This document shows, piece by piece, positions 11,098 through 24,200 of a DNA stretch of 64,000 bases. The notes beneath the pieces were generated by a model. That model was not told where the DNA came from. It was given only the letters and a program-made list of their open reading frames with translations, and ran no database searches. A program made the position numbers and the translations under genes. The stretch's first letter is position 1, and each line of letters begins with the position of its first letter. Source of the stretch: the human T2T-CHM13v2.0 reference genome, Homo sapiens; assembly GCF_009914755.1 (NCBI RefSeq), contig NC_060946.1, one strand, 5' to 3'.

Positions 11098-14000
11098 GTA
11101 TTATATACTGTAAATAAAATATCAAAGTAACCAAACTATATATTATATATTATATATTGTACATAAAAAATCAAAGTACCCAAACTATATATTTTATACT
11201 TTACATAAAATATCAATGTACACCAAATATATATTCTATTTTGTACATAAAATATCGAAGTACCCAAACATGTATTATATACTGTACATAAAATATGAAA
11301 TTACACCAAATATATATTCTATACTGTATATGAAATACCAAAGTACACAAAATATATATTCAATATTGTACATAAAATATCAAACTAACCAGACATTTAT
11401 TGTATACTGTACATAATATATCAAAGTACCCAAATTATATATATTATACAGTACATAAAATATAAAAGTACCCAAACTATACATTATATACTGTAGATAA
11501 AATATGAAATTACATCAAATAAAAATTATATTAGGTCCACAAAATATGAAAGTACATCAAAAAAATTGTATACTGTACATAAAATATGAAATTACCCCAA
11601 TTATATATTATAAACTGCACATGAAATATCAAAGTACACAAACTATATATTATATAAAGTTGATAAAATATCAAAGTACCCAAAGTATATATTCTACACT
11701 GTTCAAAAAATATGTAAGTAGCCAAATCATGTATTATATACTGTACATAAAATATGAAAGTACATCAAATATATATTTTATTCTGTACATAAAATATCAA
11801 AGTACACCAAATATATATTCTATACTGTACAAAAAATATCAAAGTACCCGAATTATATATTATATACTGGAAATAAAATATCTAAGTAACCAAAGTATAG
11901 ATTTTATACCGTACATGAAATATGAAAGTACATCAAATATATATTTTATTCTCTACATAAAATACAAAAGAACACCAAATATATATTCTATACTTTACAT
12001 AAAATATCAAAGTAACAAAAGCATGTATTATATACTGTATATAAAATATCAAAGTACACAAACATTTATTGTGAACTCTAAGTAAAATATCAAAGTAACA
12101 AAAGTATATATTATATATTGTACATAAAAAAAACAAATTACACAAACTATATATTTTATTCTGTACATAAAATATCAAAGTACACCAAATATATATTCTA
12201 TACTGTACATAAAATATCAAACTACACAAACATTTATTGTGAACTCTAAATAGAATATCAAAGTAACCAAACTATACATTATATATGAAACATAAAAAAT
12301 CAAATACACAATCTATATATTTAATAATGTACATAAAATATCAAACTACACAAAAATATATATTCTATATGGACAAAAAATATCAAGGTACACAAACGTA
12401 TTATATACTGTACATAAAATATAAAAGTACACCAAATATATGTTCTATACTGTACATAAAATAACACAGTACATCAAATATATATTCTATACTGTACATA
12501 AAATATCAAACTACCCAAACATATATTGTATACTGTACATAATATATCAAAGCACCAAAATTACATATTTTACACTATACATAAAATATCAAAGTACCCA
12601 AACTATACATTATATACTGTACAGAAAATATGAACTTAAATCAAATATATATTATATTAGGTACATAAAATATAAAAGTACATCAAATATAGATTATATA
12701 CTGTACATAAAATATCAAGGTACCCCAAATATATATTATATACTGTACATGAAATATCAAAGTACACAAACTATATATTATATACAGTAGATAATATATC
12801 AAAGTACCCAAAGTATATATTCTAAACTGTACAGAAAATATCAAAGTACCGAAACCATGTATTATATACTGTACATAAAATATGAAAATACATAAAATGT
12901 ATATTTTATTCTCTACATAAAATATTAAAGTACACTAAATATATATTCTATACTCTACATAAAATATCAAAGTACCCAAAGCATGTATTATATACTGTAC
13001 ATAAAATATCAAAGTACACAAAGATTTATTATGAACTCTAAATAAAATATCAAAGTAACCAAACTATATATTATATATTGTACATAAAAAAACAAAGTAC
13101 CCAAAGTGTATGTTTTCTAATGTACATAAAACATCAAAGTACACCAAATATATATTCTATACTGTACATAAAATATCAAAGTACCCAAACATGTAGAATA
13201 CACTGTACATAAAATATCAAACTATACAAACTGTATATTATATACTGTACATAAAATATCAAAGTACCCAAAGTATATATTATATACTTTACATAAATTA
13301 TCAAAGTACCCAATGTATAGATTATTACACCATACATAAAATATGAAAGTACATCAAATGTATATTTTATTCTCTACATAAAATAACAAAGTACACGAAA
13401 TATATATTCCATTCTGTACATAAAATATCAAAGTACCCAAAGCATGTATTATATACTGTACATAAAATATCAAAGAACACAATCATTTATTGTGAACTCT
13501 AAATAAAATATTAAAGTAACCAATATATATATTATATATTGTACATAAAAAATCAAATTACCCAAACTATAGATTATATACTGTACATAAAATATCAAAG
13601 TACACCAAATATATATTCTATACTGTACATAACATACCAAAGCACAAAAAATATATATTCTATACTGTACATAAAATATCAAACTACCCAAACATATATT
13701 GTATACTGTACATAATATATCAAAGTCCCCAAATTATATATTTTATACTGTATATAAAATATCAAAATACCCAAACAATACATTATATACTGTACATAAA
13801 ATATGAACTTACATCAAATTTATATTATATTAGGTACATAAAATATGAAAGTACATCAAATATAGATTATATACTGTACATAAAATATCAAAATACCCCA
13901 AATATATATTATACACTGTACATGAAATATCAAAGAACACAAACTATATATTATATACTGTAGATAAAATATAAAAGTACACAAAGTATATATTCTATAC

Positions 14001-15780
14001 TGTACAAAAAATATCAAAGTACCCAAAGCATGTATTATATACTGTACATAAAATATGAAAGTGCATCAAATATATATTTTATTCTGCACATAAAATATCA
14101 AAGTACACCAAATATATATTCTATACTGTACATAAAATATCAAAGTACCGAAAGCATATATTAAATACTGTACATAAAATATCAAAGTACAGAAATATTT
14201 ATTGTGAACTCTAAATAAAATATTAAAGTAACCAAACTATATATTATATATTGTACATAAAAAATCAAAATACCCAAACTATAGATTTTATACTGTACAT
14301 AAAATATGAAAGTAAACCAAATATATATTCTGTACTGTAAATAAAATATCAAAGTACCCAAGCATGTATTATATACTGTACATAAAATATCAAAGTACAC
14401 AAACATTTATTGTGAACTCTAAATAAAATATCAATGTAACCAAACAATATAGTACATATTGTACATAAAAAATCAAAGTACCCAAACTATAGATTTGATA
14501 CTGTACATAAAATATCAAAGTACCCAAACTATACATTATATACTGTACATAAAATATGAACTTACTTCAAATACAGATTATATTAGCTACATAAAATATG
14601 AAAGTACATCAAATATATATTATATACTGTACATAAAATATCAAAGTACCCAAAATACATATTATATACTGTACATGAAATATCAAAGTACACAAACTAT
14701 ATATTATATAGTGTAGATAAAATATCAAAGTTCCCAAAGTAGATATTCTATACTGTACAAAAAATATGAAAGTACACAAGGCATGTATTATACACTGTAC
14801 ATAAAATATGAAAGTACATCAAATGTATATTTTATACTCTACATAAAATATAAAAGTACACGAAATATGTATTCTATACTGTTCATAAAATATCAAAGTA
14901 CCGAAAGCATGTATTATATACTGTACATAAAATATCAAAGTACATAAACATTTATTGTGAACCCTAAATAAAATATCAATGTAACCAAACTATGTAGTAC
15001 ATATTGTACATAAAAAATCAAATTACCCAAGCTATAGATTTTATACTGTACATAAAATATCAAAGTACACCAAATATCTATTCTATACTGCACATAAAAT
15101 ATCAAAGTACCCAAACATGTATTATATACTGTACATAAAATATCAAAGTACACGAAATATATATTCTATAGTGTACATAACATACTAAAGAACAGCAACT
15201 ATATATTCTATACAGTACATAAAATATCAAACTACCCAAACATATATTGTATACTGTACATAATATATCAAACTACACAAATTATATATTTTATACTGTA
15301 CATAAAATATCAAAGTACCCAAAATATACATTATATACTGTACATAAAATATGAACTTACATCAAATATATATTATGTTAGGTACATAAAATATGAAAGT
15401 ACATCAACTATAGATTATATACTGTACATAAAATATCAAAGTACCCCAAATATATATTATATACTGTACATGAAATATCAAAGTACACAAACTATATATT
15501 ATATACTGTAGATAAAATATCAAAGTACCCAAAGTAGATAATCTATACTGTACAAAAAATATGAAAGTACCCATGGCATGTATTATACACTGTACATAAA
15601 ATATGAAAGTACATCAAAAGTATATTTTATACTGTACATAAAATATGAAAGTACACAAAATATGTATTCTATACTGTTCATAAAATATCAAAGTACCCAA
15701 AGCATGTATTATATACTGTACTTAAAATATCAAAGTACACAAACATTTATTGTGAACTCTAAATAAATTATCAATGTAAC
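11098..15780 (+). repeat. Divergent HSat1A edge layer with private monomer types and irregular long units
   Basis: A CATTTATTGTGAACTCTAAATAAAA-type monomer occurs eight times (~12064-15760) and was not seen afterwards. A TGAACTTA variant is present. TTAGG landmark spacings are 1126, 1173, 753, 795 and 461 bp rather than 378. Confidence 0.85.
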
Positions 15781-18290
15781 CAAACTATACATTATATACT
15801 GTACATAAAATATGAAATTACATCAAATATATGTTATATTAGGTACATAAAATATGAAACTACATCAAATGTAGATTATATACTGTACATAAAATATCAA
15901 ATACCCCAAATATATATTATACACTGTACATGAAATATCAAAGTTCACAAACTATATGTTATATACTGTACATAAAATATCAAAGTACCCAAGGTATATA
16001 TTCTATACTATACAAAAAATATCAAACTACCCACGCATGTATTATATACTGTACATAAAATATGAAATTACATCAAATACATATTCTATTCTGTACACAA
16101 AATATCAAAGTACACCAGATATATATTCTATAGTGTACATAAAATATCAAAGTACCCAAAATAGACATTGTACACTGTACATAAAATATGAAATTACATC
16201 AAATATATATTATATTAGGAACATGAAATATGAAAGTACATCAAATGTAGATTATATACTGTACATAATATATCAAAGTACCCCAAATATATATTATATA
16301 CAGTACATGAAATATCAAAATACACAAACTAAATATTATATACTGTACATAAAATATCAAAGTACCCAAGCTATATATTCTATACTGTACAAAAAATATG
16401 AAAGTTCCCAAAGCATGAATTATATACTGCACATAAAATATGAAAGTACTTCAAATATATATTTTATTCTGTACATAAAATATCAATGTACATCAGATAT
16501 ATATTTTATAGTGTACATAAAATATCAAAGTACCCAAACTATACATTATATACTGTACATAAAATATGAAATTACATCAAATATATATTATATTAGGAAC
16601 ATAAAATATGAAAGTACATCAAATATAGATTATATACTGTACATAAAATATCAAATACCCCAAATATATATTATATACTGTACATGAAATATCAAAGTTC
16701 ACAAACTATATATTATATACTGTACATAAAATATCAAAGTACCCAAGGTATATATTCTATACTGTACAAAAAATATGAAAGTACCCAAAGCACGTATTAT
16801 ATACTGTACATAAAATATGAAAGTACATCAAATATATATTTTATTCTGTACATAAAATATCAAAGTACACCAAATATATATGCTATAGTGTACATAAAAT
16901 ATCAATGTACCCAAACTATACATTATATAGTGTACAAAAAATATGATATTACTTCTAATATATATTATATTAGGTACATAAAATATGAAAGTACATCAAA
17001 TATAGATTATATACTATACATAAAATATCAAAGTACCCCAAATATATATTATACACTGTACATGAAATATCAAAATACACAAACTATATATTATATACTG
17101 TACATAAAATATCAAACTACCCAAGGTATATATTCTATACTGTACAAGAAATATCAAAGTACCCAAAGCATGTATTATATATTGTACATAAAATATGAAA
17201 GTACATCAAATATATATTTTATTCTGTACATAAAATATCAAAGTACACCAGAAATATATTTTATAGTGTATATAAAATATCAAATTACCCAAACTATACA
17301 TTATATACTCTACATAAAATATGAAATTACATCAAATATATATTATAATATGTACATAAAATATGAAACTACATCAAATATAGATTATATATTGTACATA
17401 AAATATCAAAGTACCCCAAATATATATTATATACTGTAAATGAAATATCAAAGTTCACAAAATATATATTATATACTGTACATAAAATACCAAGTACCCA
17501 AGGTATATATTCTATACTGTACAAAAAATATCGAAGTACCCAAAGCATGTATTATGTGCTGTACATAAAATATGAAAGTACATCAAATATATATTTTATT
17601 GTGTACATAAAATATCAAAGTACCCCAAATATATATTATACACTGTACATGAAATATCAAAGTTCACAAACTATATATTATATACTGTACATAAAATATC
17701 AAAGTACCCAAATTATATATTCTATACTGTACAAAAAATATCAAAATACCCAAAGCATGTATTATATACTGTATATAAAATATGAAAGTACATCAAATAT
17801 ATGTTTTATTCTGCACATAAAATATCAAAGTATACCACATATATATTCTATAGTGTACATAAAATATCACAGTACCCAAACTATACATTATATACTGTAC
17901 ATAAAATATGAATTTACATCAAATATATATTATATTAGGTACATAAAATACGAAAGTATATCAAATATAGATTATACACTGTACCTAAAATATCAAAGTA
18001 CCCCAAATATATATTATGCACTGTACATGAAATATCAAAATACAGAAACTATATATTATATGGTGTACATAAAATATAAAGTACCCAAGGTATATATTCT
18101 ATACTGTACAAAAAATATCAAAGTACCCAGAACATCTATTATATACCGTACATAAAATATGAAAGTACATCAAATATATATTTTATTCTGTACACAAAAT
18201 ATCAAAGTACACCAAATATATATTCTATAGTGTACATAAAATATCAAACTACCCAAAATAGACATTATATACTGTACATAAAATATGAAA
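15781..18290 (+). repeat. Transitional HSat1A layer: full-length ~378-bp 9-mers with dimeric alternation
   Basis: Landmark spacing is 376-379 bp (15839, 16215, 16593, 16970, ~17349). The A monomer alternates AAGTTCAC / AAATACAC. No 5-bp deletion variant is present. Confidence 0.75.
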
Positions 18291-21200
18291 TTACATAAAA
18301 TATATATTAGGTACATAATATATGAAAGTACATCAAATATAGATTATATACTGTACATAAAATATCAAAGTACCACAAATATATATTATATACTGTACAT
18401 GTAATATGAAAGTTCACATACTCTATATTATACACTCTACAAAAAATATCAAAGTACCCAAGTTATATATTCTATACTGTACAAAAAATATCAAAGTACC
18501 CAAAGCATGTATTATATACTGTACATAAAATATGAAAGTACATCAAATATATATTTTATTCTGTACATAAAATATCAAGGTACACCAGATATATATTCTA
18601 TAGTGTACATAAAATAGCAAAGTACACAAACTATAAATTATATACTGTACATAAAATATGAAATTACATCAAATATATATTAGGTACATAAAATATGAAA
18701 GTACATCAAATATAGATTATATACTGTACATTAAGTACCAAAGTACCCCAAATATATATTTTATACTGTACATGAAATATCAAAGTTCACAAACTATATA
18801 TTATATACTGTACATAAAATATCAAAGTACTCAAGGTATATATTCTATACTGTACAAAAAATAACAAAGTACCAAAAGCATGTATTATATACTGTACCTA
18901 AAATATGAAATTACATCAAATATATATTTTATTCTGTACATAAAATATCAAAGTACACCAGATATATATTCTATAGTGTACATAAAATATCAAAGTACCC
19001 AAACTATTTATTATATACTGTACATAAAATATGAAATTACATCAAATATATATTATATTAGGTACATAAAATATGAAAGTACATCAAATATAGATTATAT
19101 GCTGTACATTAAATACCAAAGTACCCCAAATATATATTATATACTGTACATGAAATATCAAAGTTCACAAACTATATATTATATACTATACATAAAATAT
19201 CAAAGTACCCAAGGTATATATTCTATACTGTACAAAAAATATCAAAGTACCCAAAGCACGTATTATATACTGTACATAAAATATGAAAGTACATCATATA
19301 TATATTTTATTCTGTACATAAAATATCAAAGTACACCAGATATATATTCTATAGTGTACATAAAATATCAAAGTACCCAAACTATACATTATATACTGTA
19401 CATAAAATATGAAATTACATCAAATATATATTAGGTACATAAAATATGAAAGTACATCAAATATAGATTATATACTGTACATAAAATAACAATGTTCCCC
19501 AAATATATATTTTATACTCTACATGAAATATCAAAGTTCACAAACCATATCTTATAAACTGTACATAAAATATCAAAGTACCCAATGTATATATTCTATA
19601 CTGTACAAAAAATATCAAAGTACCCAAAGCATGTATTATATACTGTACATAAAATATGAAAGTACATCAAATATAGATTTTATTCTGTACATAAAATATC
19701 AAAGTACACCAGATATATATTCTATAGTGTACATAAAATAACAAAGTACCCAAACTATACATTATATACTGTACATAAAATTTGAAATTACATAAAATAT
19801 ATATTATATTAGGTACATAAAATATGAAAGTACATCAAATATAGATTATATACTGTACATTAAATACCAAAGTTCCCCAAATATATATTTTATACTGTGC
19901 ATGAAATATCAAAGTTCACAAACTATATATTATATACTGTACATGTAATATCAAAGTACCCGAGGTATATATTCTATACTGTACAAAAAATAACAAAGTA
20001 CCAAAAGCATGTATTATATACTGTACATAAAATATGAAAGTACATCAAATATAGATTTTATTCTGTACATAAAATATCAAAGTACACCAGATATATATTC
20101 TATAGTGTACATAAAATATCAAAGTACCCAAACTATACATTATATACTGTACATAAAACATGAAATTACATAAAATATATATTATATTAGGTACATAAAA
20201 TATGAAAGTATATCAAATATAGATTATATACTGTACATTAAATAGCAAAGTACCCCAAATATATATTTTATACTGTACATGAAATATCAAAGTTCACAAA
20301 CTATATATTATATACTGTACATGTAATATCAAAGTACCCGAGGTATATATTCTATACTGTACAAAAAATAACAAAGTACCAAAAGCACGTATTATATACT
20401 GTACCTAAAATATGAAATTACATCAAATATATATTTTATTCTGTACATAAAATATCAAAGTACACCAGATATATATTCTATAGTGTACATAAAATATCAA
20501 AGTACCCAAACTATACATTATATACTGTATATAAAATATGAAATTACATCAAATATATATTAGGTACATAAAATATGAAAGTACATCAAATATAGATTAT
20601 ATACTGTACATAAAATATCAAAGTACCCCAAATATATATTATATACTGTACATGAAATATCAAAGTTCACAAACTATATATTATATACTGTACATAAAAT
20701 ATCAAGGTACCCAAAGTATATATTCTATACTGTACAAAAAATATCAAAGTACCCAAAGCATGTATTATATACTGTACATAAAATATGAAAGTACATCAAA
20801 TATATATTTTATTCTGTACATAAAATATCAAGGTACACCAGATATATATTCTATAGTGTACATAAAATAGCAAAGTACACAAACTATCCATTATATACTG
20901 TACATAAAATATGAAATTACATCAAATATATATTAGGTACATAAAATATGAAAGTACATCAAATATAGATTATATACTGTACATAAAATATCAATGTACC
21001 CCAAATATATATTTTATACTGTACATGAAATATCAAAGTTCACAAACCATATATTATATACTGTACATAAAATATCAAAGTACCCAAGCTATATATTCTA
21101 TACTGCACAAAAAATATCAAAGTACCCAAAGCATGTATTATATACTGTATATAAAATATGAAAGTACATCAAATATATATTTTATTCTGTACATAAAATA

Positions 21201-24200
21201 TCAAAGTACACCAGATATATATTCTATAGAGTACATAAAATATCAAAGTACCCAAACTATACATTATATACTGTACATAAAATATGAAATTACATCAAAT
21301 ATATATTATATTAGGTACATAAAATATGAAAGTACATCAAATATAGATTATATACTGTACATTAAATACCAAAGTACCCCGAATATATATTTTATACTGT
21401 ACATGAAATATCAAAGTTCACACACTATGTATTATATACTGTACATAAAATATCAAAGTACCCAAGTTATATATTCTATACTGTACAAAAAATATCAAAG
21501 TACCCAAAGCATGTATTATATACTGTACATAAAATAGGAAATTACATCAAATATATATTTTATTCTGTACATAATGTATCAAAGTACACCAGACATATAT
21601 TCTATAGAGTACATAAAATATCAAAGTACACCAGATATATATTCTATAGTGTACATAAAATATCAAAGTACCCAAACTACACATTATATACTGTACATAA
21701 AATATGAAATTACCTCAAATATATATTTTATTAGGAACATAAAATATGAAAGTACATCAAATATAGATTATATGCTGTACATTAAATACCAAAGTACCCC
21801 AAATATATATTTTATACTGTACATGAAATATCAAAGTTCACAAACTATATATTATATACTGTACATAAAATATAAAAGTACCCAAGGTATATATTCTATA
21901 CTGTACAAAAAATATCAAAGTACGCAAAGCACGTATTATATACTGTACATAAAATATGAAAGTACATCACATATATATTTTATTCTGTACATAAAATATC
22001 AAAGTACACCAGATATATATACTATAGTTTACATAAAATATCAAAGTACCCAAACTATACATTATATACTGTACATAAAATATGAAATTACATCAAATTT
22101 ATATTAGGTACATAAAATATGAAAGTACATCAAATATAGATTATATACTGTACATAAAATATCAAAGTACCCCAAATATATATTATATACTCTACATGAA
22201 ATATCAAAATTCACAAACTATATATTATATACTGTATATAATATATCAAAGTACCCAAGGTATATTTTCTATACTGTACAAAAAATATCAAAGTACCCAA
22301 AGCATGTATTATATACTGTACATAAAATATGAAAGTACATCAAATATATATTTTATTCTGTACATAAAATATCAAAGTACACCAGATATATATTCTATAG
22401 TGTACATAAAATAACAAAGTACACAAACTATAAATTATATACTGTACATAAAATATGAAATTACATCAAATATATATTAGGTACATAAAATATGAAATTA
22501 CATCAAATATAGATTATATACTGTACATATAATATCAATGTACCCCAAATATATATTTTATTCTCTACATCAAATATCAAAGTTCACAAAGCATACATTA
22601 TATACTGTACATAAAATATCAAAGTACCCAAGGTATATATTCTATACTGTACAAAAAATATCAAAGTACCCAAAGCATGTATTATATACTGTACATAAAA
22701 TATGAATGTACATCAAATATATATTTTATTCTGTGCATAAAATATCAAAGCACACCAGATATATATTCTATAGTGTACATAAAATAACAAAGTACACAAA
22801 CTATACATTATATACTGTACATGAAATATGAAATTACATCACATATATATTAGGTACATAAAATATGAAAGTACATCAAATATAGATTATATACTGTACA
22901 TAAAATATCAATGTACCCCAAATATATATTTTATACTCTACATGAAATATCAAATTTCACAATCCATATATTATATACTGTCCATAAAATATCAAAGTAC
23001 CCAAGGTATATATTCTATACTGTACAAAAAATATCAAAGTACCCAAAGCATGTATTATACACTGTATATAAAATATGAAAGTACATTAAATATATATTTT
23101 ATTCTGTACATAAAATATCAAAGTACACCAGATATATATTCTATAGTGTACATAAAATAACAAAGTACACAAACTATAAATTATATACTGTACATAAAAT
23201 ATGAAATTACATCAAATATATATTAGGTACATAAAATATGAAAGTACATCAAATATAGATTATATACAGTACATATACTATCAATGTACCCCAAATATAT
23301 ATTTTATACTCTACATCAAATATCAAAGTTCACACACTATATATTATATACTGTACATAAAATATCAAAGTACCCAAGGTATATATTCTATACTGCACAA
23401 AAAATATCAAAGTACCCAAAGCATGTATTATATTCTGTATATAAAATATGAAAGTACATCAAATATATATTTTATTCTGTACATAAAATATCAAAGTACA
23501 CCAGATATATATTCTATAGTGTACGTAAAATAACAAAGTACACAAACTATAAATTATATACTGTACATAAAATATGAAATTACATCAAATATATATTAGG
23601 TACATAAAATATGAAAGTACATCAAATATAGATTATATACTGTACATAAAATATCAATGTACCCCAAATATATATTTTATACTCTACATGAAATATGAAA
23701 GTTCACAAACCATATATTGTATACTGTACATAAAATATCAAAGTACCCAAGGTATGTATTCTATACTGTACAAAAAATATCAAAGTACCCAAAGCATGTA
23801 TTATATACTGTACATAAAATATGAAAGTACATCAAATATATATTTTATTCTGTACATAAAATATCAAAGTACACCAGATATATATTCTATAGTGTACATA
23901 AAATATCAAAGGACCCAAACTATACATTATATACTGTACATAAAATATGAAATTACATCAAATATATATTAGGTACATAAAATATGAAAGTACATCAAAT
24001 ATAGATTACATACTGTACATTAAATACCAAAGTACCCCGAATATATATTTTATACTGTACATGAAATATCAAAGTTCACACACTATATATTATATACTGT
24101 ACATAAAATATCAAAGTACCCAAGGTATATATTCTATACTGTACAAAAAATATCAAAGTACCCAAAGCATGTATTATATACTGTACATAAAGTACGAAAG

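Larger units (their letters stand above)
1..11098 (+). repeat. Human Satellite 3 (HSat3 / satellite III) array, GGAAT strand on +; runs off the left edge
   Basis: Continuous (GGAAT)n with degenerate pentamers (GGAAC, GGAGT, GAAAT, GCAAT). Recurrent CAACCCGAGT/CAACCCGAAT/CAACACGAAT decamers are the reverse complement of the classical satellite III A(C/T)TCGGGTTG motif. The HSat2 hallmark GAATCGAATG is not prevalent. Confidence 0.96.

Noticed and set aside
1-11098. HSat2 assignment
   Set aside because: It lacks the dense GAATCGAATG/GAATCATC pattern of HSat2. Long perfect GGAAT runs and CAACCCGAGT decamers indicate HSat3.
1-11098. Canonical heat-shock elements or G-quadruplex motifs
   Set aside because: The nGAAn units are direct rather than alternating inverted repeats. 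G-runs are mostly GG, with GGG only in scattered pairs, so neither motif can be called confidently.
4-11134. Dozens of MEWNG / IPFHS-repeat ORFs up to 389 aa on both strands
   Set aside because: (GGAAT)n has no stop codon in any frame, so overlapping ORFs arise automatically. There is no gene structure.
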